Origin: an uncultured Planctomycetia bacterium
GTDB lineage: Bacteria; Omnitrophota; Gorgyraeia; VGKH01; JBHPFN01
DNA length: 64,000 bases
Direction of reading: 5' to 3'
Assembly: GCA_964406665.1 (NCBI GenBank)
Contig: CAYOSQ010000004.1
Coordinates: forward strand, 49,512-113,511
Part shown: positions 7,883-15,961 of the stretch, piece after piece
Layout: each line of letters starts with the position of its first letter
Numbering within the stretch: position 1 is the stretch's first letter
Translations under genes and position numbers: made by a program
Notes under the pieces: model-generated
Database searches by the model: none
Told to the model about the DNA's origin: nothing
The model's input: only the letters and a program-made list of their open reading frames with translations

Positions 7883-9298
7883 TTACCTCTTCATCTTAAA
7901 CCAGTTAGTTGATAAAGCTATTTTTGCATCGTCAATCAATGTTTTATTTCTTAAACTGTTTTTAAGCTTACGCAGTATATATTTTGGATTCAAATATACT
8001 TCCTGATAAAACTTTCTGTAGTACTCTTCTATTGTAGGCCAAGATAACACTTGGTGGTTATAAATTTCTGACGGGGTAGAATGAAATTTAAACTTCTCCC
8101 AATCATAAGTTTTAATATTTTTTTCTCTGTCAAGTTCGTTAAACAGCTCAGTTGCCGGCAAGGGAATCGTAATATTTACTTTGGCCAGATCAAGATTAAG
8201 GCTCTTGGCAAAATTTATTGTCTGTCGCATTGTCTGCTCAGTCTCTCCCGGAAGACCGAACATAAAATATCCTACAGTTTCCAACCCTGCTTTTTTAGAC
8301 CAATCTACGGCGTTCTTTACTTGCTCTAAGGTTATTCCTTTTTTTACCCTTTTTAATATCTCTTGATTCCCTGATTCGATGCCGAAATAAACACGGTAAC
8401 AGCCTGCCTTCTTCATTTTCTGCAATAACTCAAGATCTACTCTATTAACACGAATCCCTGTAAATGTACTCCAGTCAATATTGATTTTATTCAAGATAAG
8501 TAAATCACATATTTCTTTCGCCCGCTGCATATCTGTGGTAAAGCTATCATCTACTATGAAGACTTCTTTAAAACCCAGCTTTTTAACTCTTACAAACTCT
8601 TTAAGAACTCTTTGGGGTGATTTGGTTCTAAAAGTACTGCCAAAACAATTCTTATTACAAAAAATACATTGATAAACACAGCCCCGAGACGTCTCCACCC
8701 AGGCTACGGGGTTTTTTCTAGCAACAGTGGATGCAACCCTGTATCTATTTATTTCGTAAAGACTATACTCTGGATAAGGCAAGACATCTAAGTCTTCTAT
8801 AAATTCTTTCCTTTCATTGACCACAATCTTGCCATTTTGTTTAAATGCTATTCCTTTTAAATCTGATAAATTTTTGCCTTCAACTATTTCCTGGATGACA
8901 AAATCACCTTCTCCGATAACCGCAATATCTGAGGAAGTCTCTTTTAGCGACGATTCCGGAAACGATGAAGCATGCGCACCCCCGATTACAATAATTATTT
9001 TTTCATTAATCTCTTTGATCTTCTGGGAAATTCTTGCTGCCTCTTTGATTAAAGGAGTTACAAAAGTAATCCCTACGAAATCTGGTTTAAATCTTTCTAG
9101 TATCTTGAAAAAATCTTCATCTTCGTAAATATTAAAATCGAATATCTCCACCTCGTGGCCTTTTTCCATTAAGCTTCCTGCTAAGCAAGCAAGGGCCAAC
9201 GAACAGGTCGACGGAGCGATCCCTTTTGTAATAGTCTTTTCGTAAAACCTCTCAAAGGGTAAATCTAACAGTAATATTCTTTTAGGTTTGAGCGTCAT
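7883..9298 (-). CDS. B12-binding radical SAM protein
   Basis: N-terminal cobalamin-binding domain (PDFVGIT, IVIGGAHAS, GEGD), TSRGCVYQCIFC CxxxCxxC motif, GIESG, FMFGLPGET. Confidence 0.9.
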   Translation of the reverse strand: MTLKPKRILLLDLPFERFYEKTITKGIAPSTCSLALACLAGSLMEKGHEVEIFDFNIYEDEDFFKILERFKPDFVGITFVTPLIKEAARISQKIKEINEKIIIVIGGAHASSFPESSLKETSSDIAVIGEGDFVIQEIVEGKNLSDLKGIAFKQNGKIVVNERKEFIEDLDVLPYPEYSLYEINRYRVASTVARKNPVAWVETSRGCVYQCIFCNKNCFGSTFRTKSPQRVLKEFVRVKKLGFKEVFIVDDSFTTDMQRAKEICDLLILNKINIDWSTFTGIRVNRVDLELLQKMKKAGCYRVYFGIESGNQEILKRVKKGITLEQVKNAVDWSKKAGLETVGYFMFGLPGETEQTMRQTINFAKSLNLDLAKVNITIPLPATELFNELDREKNIKTYDWEKFKFHSTPSEIYNHQVLSWPTIEEYYRKFYQEVYLNPKYILRKLKNSLRNKTLIDDAKIALSTNWFKMKR

Positions 9299-9440
9299 TT
9301 TATTTTCTGAATTAATACAATAGAATTACTCCTCTAAAACCAAAAGCAAAGTCCCGATTTAACTTCGAGAAAGAAGCATTTTGACGAAGAAGACTCGTTC
9401 CTGCAAAGCTCAAGACGAAAGTTCTTAAGCTAACTAAAAG

Positions 9441-9834
9441 TGGAGGTGGCGGGAATCGAACCCGCGTCCTTAGATTACGCAGCAAACGCCTCTACATGTT
9501 TAGTCTATATTCTGTTTGTCGTCTTGGCTCACTCCCATAGACAGGATTAAACCAAAACCAGCCTTTTAAATTTTCATCTTAAGCCCAAAGGCAAAACTCA
9601 AGACTATCCTGCCGTCCCCTCGCGGGGACGTGCACCAACTTAACCCGCAGGCAAGCTAAGCGATGGCCTTGTCTAATTTATGTTAGACTAGGACTTTTTC
9701 AGCCAAGATTTCCTCAGCTTCTGCAACTACGTTGTAGTCTGCATTTGTATTGTGCAAGGTGTTTAACGAGGCCTCCCTGCAACCTCGACATGCGTACACT
9801 TACCCGATAATCTAAATCGAACCCTTTCACCCCC
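9441..9834 (-). ncRNA. ssrA: tmRNA
   Basis: 5' GGGGGUG pairs with 3' CACCUCC-A including the G3-U Ala identity pair; T-arm GCGGG-UUCGAUU-CCCGC; internal tag ORF; adjacent to smpB. Confidence 0.95.
9683..9742 (-). other. tmRNA tag reading frame (A)ADYNVVAEAEEILAEKVLV*
   Basis: Resume codon GCA after AUACAAAU just downstream of the first pseudoknot region; 19 codons to TAA. Confidence 0.75.
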
Positions 9835-10279
9835 TTCTTCTTAAAGCACGTTTAACTTCTAAATCTACTTGTTTCTTTTTTAAATCTCGACGCTTATCAT
9901 ACAATCTTTTTCCCTTAACCAAAGCCAGCTCAACCTTTGCACGCCCATTTTTAAAATAAAGTTTAAGCGGCACCAGAGAAAGTCCTTTCTGCGATACTTT
10001 ATCCTCTAGGCGTTTAATTTCCTTTTTATGTAAAAGTAGCCTACGATTTCTTGTCGGCTCAAGATTAAAAAAGCTAGCTTCCAAATAAGGACTTATATGA
10101 ACATTATACAACCAAACTTCTGACGATTCAATTCTAGCAAAACTATCTTTTAAATTAGCCCGAGAATCTCTTAGAGATTTTACCTCCGGCCCCTTTAGCT
10201 CTATCCCGCATTCTAAAGACTCGATTATCGCATAATCCCTAAATGCGCTGCTATTTTTCGCGATAAGTTTCTCGCCCAT
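9827..10279 (-). CDS. smpB: SsrA-binding protein SmpB
   Basis: ECGIELKGPEVKSLR, RNRRLLLHKKEI, LVPLKLYFKNGRAKVELALVKGKRLYDKRR; last 8 nt overlap the tmRNA. Confidence 0.97.
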   Translation of the reverse strand: MGEKLIAKNSSAFRDYAIIESLECGIELKGPEVKSLRDSRANLKDSFARIESSEVWLYNVHISPYLEASFFNLEPTRNRRLLLHKKEIKRLEDKVSQKGLSLVPLKLYFKNGRAKVELALVKGKRLYDKRRDLKKKQVDLEVKRALRRRG

Positions 10280-10290
10280 TAAAAAACCCT

Positions 10291-11250
10291 TTATTTAAAA
10301 AAAGTTAAAAACTGAAAAAGCATCAAGAATATTGGTATAGTAATAATACTTCCGACATGCGTGAAAAATACCCCGTGGCTTACATATACATCTTCAATAT
10401 CATGGTGTCGAGCTATTAATGATAGTGATGTTGCCGAAGGAACCGCCAGCTCTATGAGAATAAGAAATCCCAATAATTGAGGAACCCTTACCAGCGTTAA
10501 CAAAAGCAAGGCACATAACGGTAAAATAATCAATTTAAGCGTACACACAGAAACAATAGCTTTTTTATCTATGTTCTGCAGGCTCACCTGAGCTAAATTT
10601 GCGCCGATTGCAATCATAGCAAGAAAAAGAGTCCAGCTGCCAACGGTGTGCGCGATATCTATGACAATATCAGACACATACTGCTTACAACCAAATGATA
10701 CACCAACCAAAGATATAACCGTAGCGATCACCGGCGGACTAAATAGACTACTTATCCTTAAATCCCTTAATTTACCACCGATGAGATACCGCGTTCCATA
10801 CGACCATACGATTAGATTAAACCCAATTAGAAACAAAAAGATCAGTACGAACAGCTCCCCCGCTACTTCAGAAGAAAAAAGCGTCGCAACAAGAATAAGC
10901 GGTAAGTAGCCAGAATTTTGAAACGTAACAAGGCTTACAAACTGTCTTCGCTGTGCCTGCGATTGTTTTTCTTTTCTAAAACCCAAAAAAGCTTTCGCCA
11001 CAACAAAACCAAAAAGCGTGATTGCAATACTTATAAGTGGATATATCCACCACAGAGAATACTGCTTAAAATCAAATTTACGCAGTATCTCAGAAAAGAT
11101 TAAAAGCGGCAACGTGATATAAATAATAATTGTTGCAAGCGCCCGATTTACTTTTTGATTAAGTATCTTAACCTTAGCAAAGATATAGCCAATACTTCCT
11201 AGAGCAGCAATCTTCGCCATAGCCAAAAGAACAGTCTGAAAAAATACCAT
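10291..11250 (-). CDS. AEC (auxin efflux carrier) family transporter
   Basis: ~10 TM helices, TLPLLIF, NSGYLPL, PPVIA, KLIILP, VPSA motifs. Confidence 0.85.
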   Translation of the reverse strand: MVFFQTVLLAMAKIAALGSIGYIFAKVKILNQKVNRALATIIIYITLPLLIFSEILRKFDFKQYSLWWIYPLISIAITLFGFVVAKAFLGFRKEKQSQAQRRQFVSLVTFQNSGYLPLILVATLFSSEVAGELFVLIFLFLIGFNLIVWSYGTRYLIGGKLRDLRISSLFSPPVIATVISLVGVSFGCKQYVSDIVIDIAHTVGSWTLFLAMIAIGANLAQVSLQNIDKKAIVSVCTLKLIILPLCALLLLTLVRVPQLLGFLILIELAVPSATSLSLIARHHDIEDVYVSHGVFFTHVGSIITIPIFLMLFQFLTFFK

Positions 11251-11357
11251 AAATTTCCCCTTTACTAGTGGAGTTATTATACACTAATCCATATCCTAAG
11301 AGCAATTTATATTTAGCGATACTGAGTAAATTTTGTTTTCTAATATTTACGAATGTG

Positions 11358-11386
11358 TTGACCGTTCTTAAATTATACAGTATACT
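11358..11386 (+). promoter_or_regulatory. Sigma70 promoter for tRNA-Leu
   Basis: TTGACC-N17-TATACT. Confidence 0.65.
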
Positions 11387-11466
11387 TTTATATCGTGAAG
11401 AAAATGCCGAAGTGGCCCCAGACGCCTTTGGCGTCAGGGACTATCCGGCGAATCTGGCAAGCTAAT

Positions 11467-11550
11467 GCCGAAGTGGTGAAACTGGCATACACGCAGCGTT
11501 CAGGGCGCTGTTCCTTTACGGGATTGTGGGTTCGACTCCCACCTTCGGCA
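11467..11550 (+). tRNA. tRNA-Leu (anticodon CAG), CCA not encoded
   Basis: GCCGAAG/CTTCGGC acceptor stem, CAGCG-TTCAGGG-CGCTG anticodon arm, long variable arm, GTGGG-TTCGACT-CCCAC T-arm. Confidence 0.95.
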
Positions 11551-11597
11551 CTTAATTTACCTGTTCTCGTCAAGAAAACCTTCAACCTACCCTCCTT

Positions 11598-11618
11598 TTG
11601 GCAGTAGAATTGGCAGTA
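11598..11618. repeat. Putative integrase arm-type sites (left)
   Basis: ttggcagta twice (11598-11606, 11610-11618); the same tandem recurs near the right end. Confidence 0.6.
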
Positions 11619-11626
11619 TTTCTCCA

Positions 11627-12688
11627 TTAAAACTTTACATCCAACCCTAACTCTTTATCCATCTGCTCTACAATTCTATCGGTAGAATGCGTGTACCATT
11701 CATCGATTGTCCTCGGATCTTTGTGTCCGGTTATCTTAGCGATGTTGATAGAGCTATATCCTCTATCTTTTAGATAAGTAACAACGAAATGTCTGAGCAA
11801 ATGAGGATAATAATTGCGTGTAATACCAAGTTCTTTCATCGCTCTCTTGAGAATCTTGCGGATAGTATCTTTTCCGATGGAAATTCCTTTCAACCTGCCT
11901 TGGTCATCTTTAACTTTGCTCGGAAATAACCAACCAAAAGGACTGTAGAGCTTATGGCGCTTCAAGTAAAGGATATGCTCATTCAACACGATACAATCCA
12001 TCTTAGCCAGCTTCTTAACGCCTTCTTCTTTGTCTTTGTGCTTATATAGATATATTCGTTCATTATCCAATTCAACATCATTGATTTTGAGAGTTCTAAT
12101 TTCATTACGCCTACTTCCGAATCTCGCCATCAGATAGATATATGCGAAGTATTGAAACCTATTTGCTCTGATCCAATCCAATACTCTCATCATTTCATCT
12201 TTTGGTGGTGGTCGCTTTATCTTCTTTTCTAACTTAGGATATTTGACTTCAGAGAATGGATTCTTTACATTTCTAAAGCTGACTTTCCAAAACTCTCTCA
12301 GCAATCTAATAGAATACTTTGCTGTTGAAGGACTATAGCTCTGCAACATATGCTTCTTGAAATCCTCTCCAATCTCTTTTGTGATCCGGTGCAAAGGCAA
12401 TGCAGGATATTTCTTCTGCAAGAAAGCACTAAAGTATCTTTTAACATCGTTATATCGATCGGTTGAAGCAGGAGCGAGCGTCTTTCTGTTTACGAAAATA
12501 TCGAAACTCTCGAAGAAGGAGCTTTGCTTACTCATAGCGCACTCGCCTTCACGCTCAAGCTGTGCAGCGTATTCTTTGGCATCTTTCTTGCGTAAATAGT
12601 CTATTTTGCTGACAGTCGTTGAATGTTCTTTACCGTCAACGCGCCAACATATACGCCAACTCTTTTTTCTGTCAACTACCCAAGCCAT
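11627..12688 (-). CDS. Tyrosine recombinase/integrase
   Basis: Catalytic R (GSRRNE), K, HLLRH, GH and Y (WYTH); basic N-terminal arm-binding-type domain; next to the att site. Confidence 0.93.
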   Translation of the reverse strand: MAWVVDRKKSWRICWRVDGKEHSTTVSKIDYLRKKDAKEYAAQLEREGECAMSKQSSFFESFDIFVNRKTLAPASTDRYNDVKRYFSAFLQKKYPALPLHRITKEIGEDFKKHMLQSYSPSTAKYSIRLLREFWKVSFRNVKNPFSEVKYPKLEKKIKRPPPKDEMMRVLDWIRANRFQYFAYIYLMARFGSRRNEIRTLKINDVELDNERIYLYKHKDKEEGVKKLAKMDCIVLNEHILYLKRHKLYSPFGWLFPSKVKDDQGRLKGISIGKDTIRKILKRAMKELGITRNYYPHLLRHFVVTYLKDRGYSSINIAKITGHKDPRTIDEWYTHSTDRIVEQMDKELGLDVKF

Positions 12689-12689
12689 A

Positions 12690-12860
12690 TTACTTGTGTC
12701 CGTTCTTTCTAAAGTCTTGAATTACTTTGTCAGGTTCATATCTCGGATGCTTGCCGATCATAATTGTATCGATCCTGCCTTGCCTTCTGTAGTAATCAAT
12801 AGTTGAGACAGGAATCTTGAGAAGTTTAGATAATTCGAATTTATCAACTAACTGTTTCAT
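12690..12860 (-). CDS. Excisionase-like HTH protein (56 aa; below ORF-track cutoff)
   Basis: Manual translation MKQLVDKFELSKLLKIPVSTIDYYRRQGRIDTIMIGKHPRYEPDKVIQDFRKNGHK, an HTH_17/Xis pattern; GGAGG RBS; ends 1 nt before the integrase ATG. Confidence 0.8.
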   Translation of the reverse strand: MKQLVDKFELSKLLKIPVSTIDYYRRQGRIDTIMIGKHPRYEPDKVIQDFRKNGHK

Positions 12861-13002
12861 ACTGGTCTACCTCCACTAAATACTCAGGTTTAGGATAATG
12901 CTTCTCCCATTTTTCTTTAACTGACTGCTTTGATCGTGGCGTATCAAATTCTTTAATCCGGATCGCTTCTTCGCCACGCTTAACGACGACCTTGCAATAC
13001 AC
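12844..13002 (-). CDS. Small hypothetical protein (probable GTG start, ~52 aa)
   Basis: 3' part of track ORF 12844-13140; GGGAG precedes the GTG; fills the gap between resolvase and xis. Confidence 0.4.
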   Translation of the reverse strand: MYCKVVVKRGEEAIRIKEFDTPRSKQSVKEKWEKHYPKPEYLVEVDQYETVS

Positions 13003-13540
13003 CGGCTTTCTCCCTGCTACGATCCCATCTACGGTAATAACCTGATTTTCTTCGCACCTTGCCATCTTTTTTGCCAAGAGGCCTGCCGAGCTTCTTGCCT
13101 TGGCTTCTCGCTCGCTGTAGGCCGGATTTGGTCCTCTCAATGATTCTCTTGCGCTCCTGCGCCGCTACCCAAGCATAGAAGGCAACCAGAACCTCTCCCA
13201 AGCCATCATCTGTAAAATCGAACATTGGCTCTTGCAGACTTTTAATACCTACCTTATTTCTTCTTATTCTTTTGATGTATCCCAAGGTATTAAACATACC
13301 TTCGCGAGAGAATCTGTCTAACGCCCATACAAGGATTAAATCAAACTTGCGCCTCTCTGCATCATGGAGCATGCGAAGAAAGTCTTTGCGATCTCCATTG
13401 CCTCCTGAAGCGTAATCAACATACTCATCAACGATTTCGCCCTGCAATGCATTTGCATAATCCCTTAGCGCTTGAAGCTGATTCTCAGGACTTTGGCTGC
13501 CGTTGTCCTTCGAAACACGACTATAAATTGCTATTTTCAT
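12980..13540 (-). CDS. Small serine recombinase (resolvase/invertase family)
   Basis: YSRVS catalytic motif, ASGG..DRKDF, WALDRFSR, AQERKRIIERTKSGL, GKKLGRP. Confidence 0.92.
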   Translation of the reverse strand: MKIAIYSRVSKDNGSQSPENQLQALRDYANALQGEIVDEYVDYASGGNGDRKDFLRMLHDAERRKFDLILVWALDRFSREGMFNTLGYIKRIRRNKVGIKSLQEPMFDFTDDGLGEVLVAFYAWVAAQERKRIIERTKSGLQRARSQGKKLGRPLGKKDGKVRRKSGYYRRWDRSREKAGVLQGRR

Positions 13541-13554
13541 AATTACCTCCTTGC

Positions 13555-13761
13555 TTATGGAAATAAAGTTTTAGTATCCTGCTGCAAGATCTCAGCGACT
13601 TGCTGTCTTACAGCCGAGTTAGGAATTTCTTTGCCTGTCTCCCAATCAGAAACTGTCTTTTGCCCTACACCAAGCAGTCTACCGAGTTCCCATTGAGAAA
13701 GCCGTGCGCGCTTCCGGTACAGACTCAACATATTGTCGTATCGCTCGATTCTGTATTGCAT
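13555..13761 (-). CDS. Cro-like XRE HTH regulator
   Basis: LSQWELGRLLGVGQKTVSDWETG. Confidence 0.85.
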   Translation of the reverse strand: MQYRIERYDNMLSLYRKRARLSQWELGRLLGVGQKTVSDWETGKEIPNSAVRQQVAEILQQDTKTLFP

Positions 13762-13848
13762 CTGTTCCCTCCTTCTAATTTTATTTATTAGATTGCCAAG
13801 TTAAAAAATATATGCCCTTGCGCTTGTTCTTTCTTACCTACGAATGTA

Positions 13849-13927
13849 AGTATATACTACTTCAAAATAAAAGTCAAGTTTTATTTTTATCTTTTTTCTT
13901 GTATATGTAAGTAAGTATTGGTAAACT
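13849..13927. promoter_or_regulatory. Divergent promoter pair of the element's genetic switch
   Basis: Minus: TTGACT(13877-13872)-N17-TATACT toward cro-resolvase-xis-int. Plus: TTGTAT(13899)-N17-TAAACT ending 6 nt before the repressor ATG. atgtaagta occurs at 13844 and 13905. Confidence 0.6.
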
Positions 13928-13933
13928 ACTTCT

Positions 13934-14248
13934 ATGAGAACATCAAAATACCCAAAGAAAGCTGTAACGATCGGACAAAAGATTCGCAAAGCAAGGATGG
14001 ATCGGAAAAAAGATAAAGACCTGCTCGATGTTGCGAATAAAGTTGGCATAACCGAAAGCTATTTATCGCGGATTGAAGCAGATAAGAATTTGCCCTCAAT
14101 GGATGTTGCAGCGAAACTTGTCGAAGAACTCGGAATAAAGAAAGACGATATCATTCCTGAACTAATGCAAATTAAAATTGCTACCCTCTCAAAATCAACA
14201 GTCCACATCAACGCAAAGCATATCACTTTCAAAAAACCACGCGTCTAA
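13934..14248 (+). CDS. XRE-family repressor (CI-like, no peptidase domain)
   Basis: IGQKIRKAR...VANKVGITESYLSRIE..KNLPS HTH; divergent from the cro-like gene. Confidence 0.85.
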   Translation: MRTSKYPKKAVTIGQKIRKARMDRKKDKDLLDVANKVGITESYLSRIEADKNLPSMDVAAKLVEELGIKKDDIIPELMQIKIATLSKSTVHINAKHITFKKPRV

Positions 14249-14296
14249 AAGTTTACATCTTGCCAAACAGCCAAAACAGAGATAAAATAAGTCTTA

Positions 14297-14566
14297 ATGA
14301 AAACTCTCGTAGAAGGTGTCGATTTCGTCTACTTCTCCCCCTACCCTGCCTGCAAAGAGCCCTACAAAGTCGATCCCAAGGAAGTAAATCCGGTTTTCAA
14401 AGATATTTTGCATAAAGCATGGCTTGAGGCGGAAGCTCAGCTTCCCTCATGGGAGTTTCCTGAATACGATGTACCAATTTTACAGAAAAAGATCTTACAA
14501 GAACAATATGGGATCAGCTTGCGGACTGTTCATGAGCTAAATCCTGAGATGCCGGTAGGATATTAA
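14297..14566 (+). CDS. Hypothetical protein (element cargo)
   Basis: ORF preceded by TTGCCA-N17-TAAAAT. Confidence 0.6.
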   Translation: MKTLVEGVDFVYFSPYPACKEPYKVDPKEVNPVFKDILHKAWLEAEAQLPSWEFPEYDVPILQKKILQEQYGISLRTVHELNPEMPVGY

Positions 14567-14576
14567 GGAGTCTTGC

Positions 14577-15005
14577 TTGAATATTAAATTCTTTAAAGCG
14601 TGTAATACCTGTAAGGCACGATATCTCCTATATCATCTCAAATCAGATTGTTTATTTGCCCAAGGAGTATTAAAACAGTTAGACGAAGTCAGTGAGAAAA
14701 CTGGACAAGAAATTGTTGACTCGACAAAAGATATGGATGCAAAGGCAACTTTTTTAGAATGGAGCAGATGGAAAAGTGCGCCATTCATAGTAATCACTTC
14801 AGCGTTTGCAATAGGAGTCCCCTTGCTTTGGGTGCAAAAACTTGAAGCGGTAGCTTGGATTCTTATAGTATTTTCAGTTATTTCCTTTATGCTTTACGCC
14901 ATCTTTCTTTCACAAGGTGGCTTCGACCAACTATATAAGCTACTCATTGTTAATGATATATCAAAAAGGGTAAATCCAACTAAACAAAATAAAAATGATG
15001 GCTGA
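14577..15005 (+). CDS. Hypothetical 2-TM membrane protein (cargo)
   Basis: AAGGAG RBS before TTG; CxxC near N-terminus; two hydrophobic helices. Confidence 0.6.
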   Translation: MNIKFFKACNTCKARYLLYHLKSDCLFAQGVLKQLDEVSEKTGQEIVDSTKDMDAKATFLEWSRWKSAPFIVITSAFAIGVPLLWVQKLEAVAWILIVFSVISFMLYAIFLSQGGFDQLYKLLIVNDISKRVNPTKQNKNDG

Positions 15006-15282
15006 GAGTATTTTATTTCTTTGGGGTCTTTATTATTTTGTCTGCAAGGTCGATTATAAACGCTTTAAAGATACTTGGGTAAATCTTCTTAAAGGCATAG
15101 GGTTTTTGTTGTGCGGAAAAGTAATGGGAATCTTCATGACTTCTCTCTATGCAGGTGGTGCGGATAGCTATAGGGTAGATATGGTTTTCGGCTTGCCATT
15201 ACTTATATGGACTATTGTAAAAGTAGCAAAGCTATTCAATGAAAGAGATGAGTTAAAAAGAAGTCGCAATAAGGAGAAATAA
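14995..15282 (+). CDS. Hypothetical membrane protein (cargo)
   Basis: Three hydrophobic segments; overlaps the upstream gene. Confidence 0.55.
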   Translation: MMAESILFLWGLYYFVCKVDYKRFKDTWVNLLKGIGFLLCGKVMGIFMTSLYAGGADSYRVDMVFGLPLLIWTIVKVAKLFNERDELKRSRNKEK

Positions 15283-15283
15283 A

Positions 15284-15778
15284 ATGAGAAAACTATTACT
15301 TGTTTTAATGTGTTTGATGTTGGCTGGGTGTGCGAGTGGTCAAGTCGTAAAACTTTCGCCTGATACTTATATAATTTCACGCACCAGCTCAGCAGGAGCA
15401 TTCACGAATATGGCTCGGTTAAAAACCAGAGTTATTCAGGATGCAAATGATTTTGCCGAGAAACAAGACAAGGTTGCTATCCCCCTATCATACGATTGGC
15501 ATCGACCAGCTCAAGGATTTCCTACGGTTGAATATCAATTTAGGGTAGTAGATAAGGATGATCCTGAGGCAAAGCGAGCACATTTAGTCCCAAGACCTGA
15601 TATTACAATTCAAAGAGATGATTCAATTGATGCAGATATAGATATTGATATGAAAGATGTGACCGAAGAAAGCTCTGATCTTTATACAGAGTTAATGAAG
15701 TTAGATGATTTGAGAGCACGAGGTATTCTAACCGATAAGGAATTTCAAATCCAAAAAGAGAAATTGCTTAATAGATAA
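15284..15778 (+). CDS. Lipoprotein with C-terminal SHOCT domain
   Basis: Lipobox LAGC; C-terminal ELMKLDDLRARGILTDKEFQIQKEKLL. Confidence 0.85.
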   Translation: MRKLLLVLMCLMLAGCASGQVVKLSPDTYIISRTSSAGAFTNMARLKTRVIQDANDFAEKQDKVAIPLSYDWHRPAQGFPTVEYQFRVVDKDDPEAKRAHLVPRPDITIQRDDSIDADIDIDMKDVTEESSDLYTELMKLDDLRARGILTDKEFQIQKEKLLNR

Positions 15779-15789
15779 GGAGAAATGAA

Positions 15790-15960
15790 ATGAAAAAAGA
15801 AACGCTTTTACAGATTATATTATTGCTGGTAGTAAGCGGTATAATCTTTGTTATTGTCTACCCCAAATATGATATTGCCTGCACATATGGAACCTGCTTT
15901 AAGCTAAACAAATTTACTGGTAACTCAACCTATTACTTGCAAGGCGAGTGGCATAAATAA
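15790..15960 (+). CDS. Small single-TM protein (56 aa; not in track)
   Basis: AAGGAG RBS; MKKETLLQIILLLVVSGIIFVIVYPKYDIACTYGTCFKLNKFTGNSTYYLQGEWHK. Confidence 0.6.
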   Translation: MKKETLLQIILLLVVSGIIFVIVYPKYDIACTYGTCFKLNKFTGNSTYYLQGEWHK

Positions 15961-15961
15961 A

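Larger units (their letters stand above)
6894..9458. mobile_element. Integrase-less tandem cassettes / eroded genomic islands at the tmRNA 3' end
   Basis: Bounded by the 19-bp tmRNA 3' direct repeat, with an internal degenerate copy at 7742; no recombinase gene inside. Confidence 0.7.

Noticed and set aside
7119-9298. Ranthipeptide/sactipeptide RiPP cluster
   Set aside because: The radical SAM enzyme is B12-type with no SPASM or RRE features visible, the peptides have export signals, and a repeat boundary separates them from the enzyme.
11268-11627. Three short ORFs over the tRNA region
   Set aside because: They overlap tRNA-Leu, its promoter and the att site; typical shadow ORFs.
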